This document shows positions 1 to 7,918 of a stretch of 32,130 nt of DNA, in pieces. The DNA is from Craspedostauros australis (lineage: Eukaryota). The stretch covers positions 62,001-94,130 of the forward strand of contig JALAGF010005657.1 in assembly GCA_030167865.1 (NCBI GenBank), given 5' to 3'. The notes beneath the pieces are model-generated. The model had not been told where the DNA came from. It saw only the letters and a program-made list of their open reading frames with translations, and made no database searches. The translations under genes and the position numbers were made by a program. Every line of letters begins with the position of its first letter. Position 1 is the stretch's first letter.

Positions 1-506
1 AACCTATCTGTATCCTTGCGCCGAAGCGTGTCGCAGTAATTGATCAACGACGCGATGCGCAGGTCGAGCCCAACCTCGTTCGCAGCATCCTGCAGCTCGT
101 TGAACATCTTCGGGTTCTGCTCGATCCACGTGCTCCCGGTTGCAAGCAGCTCGATGATCCGGCGCGTCGTCGACAGTGACCAGCTGCTTTTCCGAATCAC
201 GCGGCTGCTTTCCTCCGCAAGGATCACGCGGAAGTGACGCGAGTGCTGCAGCACCGTGGCGCTTTGGGCTGCCGCGACGAACACCATCGTGCCACCCTCG
301 CACTCGATGCCGAAGTCGGAGCTGCCGGATTCCTGCCCCCCGTCGCTGTCAGAGCCTGACAAATCGGTGTCGTCTCCATTTCCGTACTTTGATCCAGGAG
401 CGTGTTCGCTATGATCCATCGTGGCAGACTTTGAGACGCTTATGTTGATGTCTCTCTTCCAGAATGCACGCAGACCGCGGCGCTCATTCGACGTCTCACC
501 CTTCAT
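1..506 (-). CDS. BTB/POZ-like domain protein, 5' part only (runs off the left edge)
   Basis: Manual translation of the minus frame from ATG at 506 is open to the window edge: MKGETSNERR...GSSDFGIECEGGTMVFVAAAQSATVLQHSRHFRVILAEESSRVIRKSSWSLSTTRRIIELLATGSTWIEQNPKMFNELQDAANEVGLDLRIASLINYCDTLRRKDTDR. The pattern SDF-I-C...VL..S..F..IL...IIELL.TG.....L..AA..GL resembles a BTB domain (recognised by eye). Absent from the ORF track because there is no stop in the window. ORF 40..237(+) is its antisense shadow. Confidence 0.7.
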   Translation of the reverse strand, partial: MKGETSNERRGLRAFWKRDINISVSKSATMDHSEHAPGSKYGNGDDTDLSGSDSDGGQESGSSDFGIECEGGTMVFVAAAQSATVLQHSRHFRVILAEESSRVIRKSSWSLSTTRRIIELLATGSTWIEQNPKMFNELQDAANEVGLDLRIASLINYCDTLRRKDTDR

Positions 507-978
507 TATCGACGACAAAGCTCGAGAGTACGGAAGAGATGTTCCAGCTATTGCGCGTTTTTGAAGTGTCTACCTTTGCTATTGAGTGTGGATGCTGAGC
601 AAGATGTGAACGAAAGCGTGGATGTAAATGCGGACACGAGTCTGGACATGAATGAAGAGTCAATGTTTGAGGGTGCACTCGCTTCGGTGTCTCCGGAAGC
701 AAGGGAAGAGATATACTGTTACTTAGCACAAACCTGAATAGAAGTTGGCTTGGAAGTCTTGGCTTCGATAGCGAGGAGAATGACAACAGCAACGACGATG
801 GCGCCAACGATGGTGGCTCGGATGTCGTGGAGATAGCGAGGGAACTGTGTATTGGTGATGGCCACTGGGCCACACGGCGACAAAGAACACGAGTCTCGAC
901 AACTTCATACGCTCCTCTCAAGAGCCTCTTGGGCCACTTGCCTGAGATCGGCACCGGAATCGTACTGCAGTGGCGGTG

Positions 979-1014
979 GTGACAGTAGTGACAGGAGTGA
1001 CGGTAGCGACAGTG
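979..1014. repeat. degenerate 9-bp tandem repeat x4
   Basis: gtgacagta gtgacagga gtgacggta gcgacagtg, in the intergenic region. Confidence 0.5.
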
Positions 1015-1862
1015 TCGGCAGTCTTGGCGATGTTGATGTCAGTCCTTCCAGCTCTTGTTCGTCCTGGCAGTCGTTTGGTCGGTTCGTGCAGATCCATCCC
1101 AGTCCCCGAATGCATTTAGACCATGAGATGTTCCCAACAAGACTGAGTTGCCTCAGCGGAACTCTTCGTAAGATTGCAAGCATACACGAGCTCCTCAGTC
1201 TCGGCACCAATCATACTGATGTGTGGCGTTGTCGCCATCCCAACATCGTTTGCAGCGGGTGGAGTGTTGATGTGTGCGCCCTGTTTGCCAGATTGCAAGA
1301 TCGGCGTGTCTTTCGAGCTCAACAAAAATGTGACTTGTTGCGACATTTTTGTCAGCGACGAAAGGTGGAGGTATCGTGTGAAGGGTGTCGATGGTATCTT
1401 CTTCGACAAAATTAACTATTGAAGCGACTAGGTTGAGACGTATTCTCGCGACTTGCGAAAATCGTAAAACTCAACGGTCACGCGATTTCCATTTCTCGTC
1501 ACATTTTCCGGTCCTGTCCCTCTTGTCTGTCCACAAACATCACATCGAATGCGAGTGTAGAGTGCAGAGTAGAGCAGGAGACTCCATACCATCGCCAACT
1601 CTACAAACGGCCCAATAGATGCTTTCGACGCACGTGCCGATTCGATTCGTAGACAGTTTTGAGAATCAGAGCCATCTGTCGAACTTCGCAGAGTTGCCAT
1701 CCCATACTGCCATTCTTTCAACTTCTTCCATCGAAACATCGCAGCAAAGTACTACAATTTTACCACCGACCACATTCAATCCCATACTAGCAACATCTTC
1801 GACAGCATCCCTGCCCAATCGCATACGCATTCGCATTCACAATCGCAACATCTACAATCACC

Positions 1863-3173
1863 ATGACGAGCCAATTCCTGAAGGCACTGTGGCTTCTTTG
1901 CGCCTGCGTCCTCACAGCAGCGAGCCAAAGAGTCACGGTGCTGCCACGTTTCTCTTTGTCCATGACGCTCGATCGATCGGATTTCGACAGGCAAATATTC
2001 CACAATGATCTGGAGGACATGGTCCACGAGCACCTCGAGGAGTTCTTTGACTGGAGACTTGGTGGCTTGAAGACAGAGTCAAACAGCGACGGCAACGGCA
2101 TATCGACTTCTATCACCCTTTCAGCGTCGTTGATGTGGGAGAACGGTCAGGACGAAGCGCAACAAAACTCCGAAGCAGCAGATGGTGACAAATCCAGGTC
2201 TAAAACAACCGGCGAATACAGCGCGTGGGCGCACTTCGACTCGCTTCTTTCAACCAGCCTGAAACAATCCGAAGTCTCCGACGCCATCCTCGAATTGCTC
2301 TTGATTGAAGCATTTCAAGGCGATAACTACGACAATTTGCTGAATGCCATTCTCGAGAAGGAAAGCCTGCAAGGTATCGAAGAGATGGATGTCTCTGTCC
2401 ATGCGGATGGCTACGACGGTTCCGGCCCCCAAAAGGCCGGAAAATGGTCCCAACCGCAGGACGCGAAACCCAGCCCTTGGACGTCAACCACCACGATCGG
2501 CCTTTGTGCGGCGGGTTTTTTCTTCATCTTGCTCTCTACGCTCTGGACGTATCTGCATTTCTTTGCGAACCGAAGACTGCTTGCCAAGGAAAACGACGAT
2601 CGGTCATCATCCATGCTGAAGCACGAGACGTCAACGGACGTGACATCCTCTGACAATGGTCAAGATGACTCGGATGCCGATTCCAACAAAAGCCAAGGTC
2701 ACGAAAATGACCGACCCACGAACGAGGAGAGATGGATGGATGCATGGGCCAAGTCCATGACCAGCATCAGCATCCGCGAACCGGCCAGACCAAAGAAGAA
2801 GAAACAAAAGTGCGTCCCGCGACCAGCTGCACGACAGTCTCTGAATTCGGTCCTGTCAATGATCGAAGAGGCAGATGGTGACGAGTCAACATGCGCATCA
2901 TCCGTCGCCAGCAAGCATTCGCAATCATCCCGCAGCAGAAAGGCGAAGAAGGCAGCGGCCAAGGATGATCTCGTGCTTTCGAAAGCGGACACCACATACG
3001 GCAAGCTCCAATCCATCGAGGAGGACGCTCAACAGCCAGTCAACCCAACGACGGTATTGAATGCCATCGCCCAGTTGTCGATCAACGAGATGTTCCATGC
3101 CAAACCTCAGACGCCGCAGGAACAAGATGATAGGATCGAAGACCTGCTGCCGGATCCAAGCGAATCAGTTTGA
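1863..3173 (+). CDS. type-I single-pass membrane protein of unknown function (436 aa)
   Basis: Intronless ORF. Signal peptide MTSQFLKALWLLCACVLTAAS, acidic luminal domain, one TM (IGLCAAGFFFILLSTLWTYLHFF) followed by basic NRR, and a long Ser/acidic disordered tail with a KKKKQK patch. Confidence 0.85.
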   Translation: MTSQFLKALWLLCACVLTAASQRVTVLPRFSLSMTLDRSDFDRQIFHNDLEDMVHEHLEEFFDWRLGGLKTESNSDGNGISTSITLSASLMWENGQDEAQQNSEAADGDKSRSKTTGEYSAWAHFDSLLSTSLKQSEVSDAILELLLIEAFQGDNYDNLLNAILEKESLQGIEEMDVSVHADGYDGSGPQKAGKWSQPQDAKPSPWTSTTTIGLCAAGFFFILLSTLWTYLHFFANRRLLAKENDDRSSSMLKHETSTDVTSSDNGQDDSDADSNKSQGHENDRPTNEERWMDAWAKSMTSISIREPARPKKKKQKCVPRPAARQSLNSVLSMIEEADGDESTCASSVASKHSQSSRSRKAKKAAAKDDLVLSKADTTYGKLQSIEEDAQQPVNPTTVLNAIAQLSINEMFHAKPQTPQEQDDRIEDLLPDPSESV

Positions 3174-3589
3174 GACGGTTCGAAAATTGAAGCGTGTACG
3201 AGTAAGGAGGAGCCAGCTTGCACCGACTCCTGCCAGCGTCGTCTCCAATACCACTACTCGTGTGCACCATGCAGTGTGTGTTGTAGGTAAGCGCTCGCAT
3301 GTATGTTTCGTGCGTGCAATCCATTCTTTTTCGCGTCCATAGTTGCAATGTGCAAGATACCGTCATACAACGTAATCGATACTCGTCGGTACATATATGT
3401 GTAGATCACAGACACTTATCGTACGCTCATACATTGCTTTATCCTGAGGATTCAGTGTATACTCTCATCAATTTTCCTCGAAGCGAAGTGAATAGGTCGT
3501 ACATGCACCATGGATATACGTCTTCAATTCAAGTAACGACAAGGTGGTCCAATAGAGGATCCGTTCACGACATGTCCATGACTACGATT

Positions 3590-5176
3590 TTAGAGTCGCC
3601 TTCGTCCTTGCAAGTTGTCTATGGACCGCATCAAGCCTGCCTCGACGATGTCGAGCCTTTGCTCCAAGTTTGTGGCCTCCAGTATCCGTCCTCGGATCTC
3701 GGGCGATATCCCAAGCGGTGGCAACGGGTTGATAAGCGCTGCCACCCAATAGCAGAATTCGGTGGTGTGCGTCATGGGATCCGGCCTCTTCGCCAACATG
3801 GCCAGTCCAGATTCTCGATCCGAAGCATCCCTTGATTTGAACTGGATATCTCCATTGAGAGCCTCCAAGATTCGCAGCAGACGCCTTCCCGGATCGCAAA
3901 GGAAAACAACTGACTTATCGTTTTGATCACCATCATTGTTGCTGGTGCTGACGCTTTCATGCTTCGGCTTTTTGTTTGGCAGTATGGTTCGGACGGGCAC
4001 TGCAGTTACGTTGTGATGCTGGTAGGTGTCTGAATTAGCGGCAAGCTCAAACCACTGATGGACCAGTACCTGCAACGATGCTGCCCGTTCTGCTTGCTCC
4101 ACAGAGACGTGCTTATCAGGATAGGGCAACAAGCACTGTATTTGATTTGACGACCACTGCGAATCGGAGAGCGATGATGAGGAGCCGTCTGTACGATCCT
4201 GTTGCACAGATTCAGACGTGCCCATGCCATCCTTCTTCTCAACCTTCGCCCTCCGCTCGTATGGATTGGGTACGTCCGCAGACCAATCTAAAAAGCGCTC
4301 CTCTCCCCACCCCAAAACGACCTCCTCGCCATTCGGGTCATACCCACGACGCCAACGACCAATTCTGAGCTTGCAGTCCTGTGTCGGTCCCACAACCCTG
4401 GCGCGGTGCATTCCCTTGATGACGAAATCAACCGCAGTGGGGATTCGTGCGGTGCGTTTGATACCAGTTCCGTCGCTGTTGTCGTCGGCAGCATCTTGCA
4501 TCGAACCGATGAGCTCCAATTTGCAGATTGATCCATGCCGGCGTACCTTGCGCGTGCGGTTGTCCAAGGAGATCATGACGAACCAACCGCCCAGACCCAG
4601 GTTGCGAAGGAATTGAATGAAGGTGGGGTCTTCCGTGCGACCTTCGAGCAGCTGGCCTGGGAGAATGGCGTCGAAGCAGACCGTCGGCAAATCGAGCAGG
4701 ATGTGACCATCGCTCTCGGAATCATCGGCCCGTCGTAGGATCGCATCCTCCACCTGCTCCGATTCCTGCATCTCACGGATCCGGCGCGAGAGGACGGTCG
4801 AGATCAATTCATCTTGCGCGGCCTCTTCTCTTTCCTGGAGGTCCTGCATGCGTTGTTGCAGCAAGTCATCGTTGAAGACATCAGGATCGTCATTCTCATC
4901 AACTCCGTCGCCGTTGGACTGTGCACAACACAGCAGAGACGGTGTTGCGAATGCGGATGCCGCTGAGAAAGAGAGAGGATCATGCGCAGACGCGACAGAA
5001 GTTGGCGCCAGCGTTTGTTCTGTGGCTGATCTCGCATGCTTGGCCGGCGAGAGCAGTGACCGTGTTGGAGCGGAAAAGGATGACGCCAGGCAGACTAGGC
5101 CCGCCCAACACAGCCATCTCAGACTCACAGTGCCCAACGAGGGTATCTTGCCTGCGGTGATGACGGAATTCATCAT
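3590..5176 (-). CDS. Lon protease N-terminal (substrate-binding, PUA-like) domain protein without AAA+/protease domains, probably plastid-targeted (528 aa)
   Basis: LPTVCFDAILPGQ.L...EDPTF matches the start of the LON N domain and FCYWVAALINPLP...RGRILEATNLEQRL matches its C-terminal helices. The N-terminus WLCWAGLVCLASS-FSAP followed by a Ser/Ala-rich stretch fits a diatom bipartite ASAFAP-type presequence. Confidence 0.8.
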   Translation of the reverse strand: MMNSVITAGKIPSLGTVSLRWLCWAGLVCLASSFSAPTRSLLSPAKHARSATEQTLAPTSVASAHDPLSFSAASAFATPSLLCCAQSNGDGVDENDDPDVFNDDLLQQRMQDLQEREEAAQDELISTVLSRRIREMQESEQVEDAILRRADDSESDGHILLDLPTVCFDAILPGQLLEGRTEDPTFIQFLRNLGLGGWFVMISLDNRTRKVRRHGSICKLELIGSMQDAADDNSDGTGIKRTARIPTAVDFVIKGMHRARVVGPTQDCKLRIGRWRRGYDPNGEEVVLGWGEERFLDWSADVPNPYERRAKVEKKDGMGTSESVQQDRTDGSSSSLSDSQWSSNQIQCLLPYPDKHVSVEQAERAASLQVLVHQWFELAANSDTYQHHNVTAVPVRTILPNKKPKHESVSTSNNDGDQNDKSVVFLCDPGRRLLRILEALNGDIQFKSRDASDRESGLAMLAKRPDPMTHTTEFCYWVAALINPLPPLGISPEIRGRILEATNLEQRLDIVEAGLMRSIDNLQGRRRL

Positions 5177-5688
5177 GATGTTGTCAGATCACAATTGGAT
5201 CATCGTCGGATCATCGTCGGTCGAACCATCCAGCCGAATCCATCCAGAGATCTCATGCGCTCTGTCTGCAAGCGAGACGTGTCTGTTGGCGGTTTTTCGT
5301 TGGGCCCAGAATCCCCACGCCTCGTTTTGTGTTGCCAAACGTGTTAGGGTCACGATGCATACAAATTGTCCGATAACTCCATTCCAAGAAGCACAAATCC
5401 ACGACTCGGACTATAATGGCGCCTGATTTAGACGAGATGCACTGCAATTGAATAGACAAGAAGCTGGCGAGGAACGATCGACGTCACAAATTACCATGTT
5501 CTGTTCGCCAAAGATCGCGGCAGATGGGAGGAAGCCATCATCGTCCATCAGGGGAGGCACATCATGGAAGCGATGGCGGTGGTTCCGATTGTGATCCGTT
5601 GATGAGTTCGTCATAACCAACGATTATAAAGGCAAGAGGTGAAGCGACGGCATATAATAGAATAGAGCGGCGGACGACATTTGGAATC

Positions 5689-7281
5689 ATGAACCGAACG
5701 AGGACTTGCGGCAGCATGGTGATGAGATCACGGATCCGTCACGTTGATGGGCTGGGGTGGTTGATTGGGGCGCCAGGTTCTGTGGAATCATCGCTGCGAA
5801 GAATCGGTGACGCCCAACTGCGATGCCTCACATCTGGTGCTGCATTTCCTCTATTGAAGGATCAGCACCGTCAGCAGCACCGTCAGCAGCAGCGTTGGCA
5901 GACGACATATGGAACTGGTATGCCCAACGGCCACGCCAACACCCAGCGGCTTGCCGGTCGTCTTCGTCACCTGTCAAGCAGCAGCTCCGGTGGCAAGCCG
6001 AATGATAGCACCAGCGATGAAGACGGCGATGAAGCAGAAATGGCGTCCTATCCCACAAACGCGCCACCGTCCATGCCATTCATCAGCCACATCAAGAATC
6101 CCATCGTCCACCAGCTCTGGACGGCCCGTGAGCAGGCCAAGGATCAGAGTCGTCAGCAGCAGGTCAGCGAATGCTCCATCACCAAGACGCCAGCCGACTC
6201 GCAGATCTCCATCTCCTACCCTTTCTCAACAGATGCATTCGTGAGAGAGGCCTACCGCAACCCGTGGGGGCAGATGAGGTTTGGCAAGCTGCTGGAGGAC
6301 CTTGATGCGTTGGCAGGCAACATCGCCTTTCAGCACGTGCAGGATGTTAACCTCCAAATGGTCACGGCGTCCGTCGACCGCATCACCCTGTCGTCGCCAC
6401 CCAACTGCGAGATCGACCAGCATCTCACAGGCAAGGTCACCTACGTTGGCTCCTCCAGTTTGGAGATCCGCATGCAATGCTCATCGTCCAAGCCTGCTGG
6501 CGATGCCGACGACAAGGACGACTTCTGGCTGGAGGCATACTTCACCTTCGTTGCCACAGACCCCGTCACCAAGCGGCCTCTGAAGATCGCGCCCATTCAT
6601 CCAGAGACGGAGCTCGAACAACATTATTTCGATCAAGGCCAGGCAAGGGCTGTTGCCAAGAAGGTGGCGCGCAAGAGCAAGGCCCAACAGGGCGGTCCCA
6701 CTCCCGAGGCCAGCGAGGTCGAATCGATCGCTCAGGACCTGCTGCAGTCCGCCGCACCGCTCTTGAACATGCCGTCCCTCGCCGACCCCTACGCCATCCT
6801 CCAATCCTCGACGCAGATGCAGAACGCCGAGATCGCGCAACCGCAAGTTCGCAACCTCGCCAACCGCATCTTCGGCGGCTACCTGATGCGCAAGGCCTTC
6901 GAGATCGCCTTCAGCACGTGCTACGTCTTCGGCGGAGCTCGACCGCACTTCTTCGAGGTGGGCGACGTCTCGTTCCAAACCCCCGTGGACGTCGGCGATT
7001 TGGTGGTGTTCAATTCGCGCGTCCTGCATTCGTACGTCGAGCAGGACGGCAGCGTCGTGCAGTACGACCAGGTGCACGGACACGCCGATGTGCCTTTGGT
7101 CACCATCGTCGTCGACGCGTGGGTGACGGAGCCGGAAAAGGCACACGCTCGAAAATCGAATCAGTTCAATTTCACCTTCGCTCTGCCATCCGGCACGCAA
7201 TGTCGGAAGGTCATGCCATCCAATATTGACGAGGCGAGGCACATGGCGGAGCGCATCGTGTTGGACCGCAAGCGACATTGA
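5689..7281 (+). CDS. ACOT9: acyl-CoA thioesterase 9-like, double hotdog fold, probably mitochondrial (530 aa)
   Basis: Motifs YRNPWGQMRFGKLLEDLDALAG, VTASVDRI, VTYVGSSSLEI, RNLANRIFGGYLMRKAFE and FQTPVDVGDL are typical of ACOT9-type thioesterases. The Arg/Ser-rich N-terminal extension (RCLTS, RHLSSSS) resembles a mitochondrial presequence. Confidence 0.9.
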   Translation: MNRTRTCGSMVMRSRIRHVDGLGWLIGAPGSVESSLRRIGDAQLRCLTSGAAFPLLKDQHRQQHRQQQRWQTTYGTGMPNGHANTQRLAGRLRHLSSSSSGGKPNDSTSDEDGDEAEMASYPTNAPPSMPFISHIKNPIVHQLWTAREQAKDQSRQQQVSECSITKTPADSQISISYPFSTDAFVREAYRNPWGQMRFGKLLEDLDALAGNIAFQHVQDVNLQMVTASVDRITLSSPPNCEIDQHLTGKVTYVGSSSLEIRMQCSSSKPAGDADDKDDFWLEAYFTFVATDPVTKRPLKIAPIHPETELEQHYFDQGQARAVAKKVARKSKAQQGGPTPEASEVESIAQDLLQSAAPLLNMPSLADPYAILQSSTQMQNAEIAQPQVRNLANRIFGGYLMRKAFEIAFSTCYVFGGARPHFFEVGDVSFQTPVDVGDLVVFNSRVLHSYVEQDGSVVQYDQVHGHADVPLVTIVVDAWVTEPEKAHARKSNQFNFTFALPSGTQCRKVMPSNIDEARHMAERIVLDRKRH

Positions 7282-7918
7282 ACTCGCTAAAGGTTGGAGT
7301 TGAACGTCGTGATGCTGGATATGCTGCCCTTGCTTCCTCCCGGCCTCTGTCCACGTGTGAGTTGAATGAGTCGGCAGTGTTTCATTATCAGCAAAAGCGA
7401 AGAGCCGAGTCGTATTGAAATTGGGGTAGAGCACGTCTTGTAGTAAAGTATTGCGTACCACATTCGAAGACAAAACTACCATTACTCCAATAAATGACAG
7501 TACGAATCGATGATAAACTACACTGAGGTGTTTGACCATGGAACGTTGTTGAGGAGCTATGTTGTTGCGAGCACGATGCTTGGCATGCAGAGGCTGCTTT
7601 TGGAAAGAGCGCAATACGAGCGTGGAGAAGAGTAGAGCAGAGTTAAGTTGCTCCGCTTGTTATGAAGTTGAGAAAACTCTTGGAGGACGCGTGGAGAGCC
7701 CAGCTGTGTCATGTTCAGATACTCAAGGCTTGAAAGTAGGAATCGGAATAGAGTGCTCTACTCTGCGCATCTCTATTTCGGCGTACTAGTAGGTGTGTAT
7801 GATATGTGAAGAATGCATTGGAGTACTCTGCACGTGTTGATGCAGGACTGTGACTGTTTCCAATTGCACGAACGCTAATGAATGCGTTGTCTCCCTGTCT
7901 CGTTATTTCGTCAAGGCT

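Noticed and set aside
723..1409. Three consecutive same-frame minus-strand ORFs suggesting a pseudogene or stop readthrough
   Set aside because: No recognisable protein motif, and the stops are mixed (TAA/TGA). Treated as intergenic.
6477..7614. ORFs 6477..7229 (+) and 6481..7614 (-)
   Set aside because: Alternate-frame and antisense shadows of the GC3-rich ACOT9 gene.
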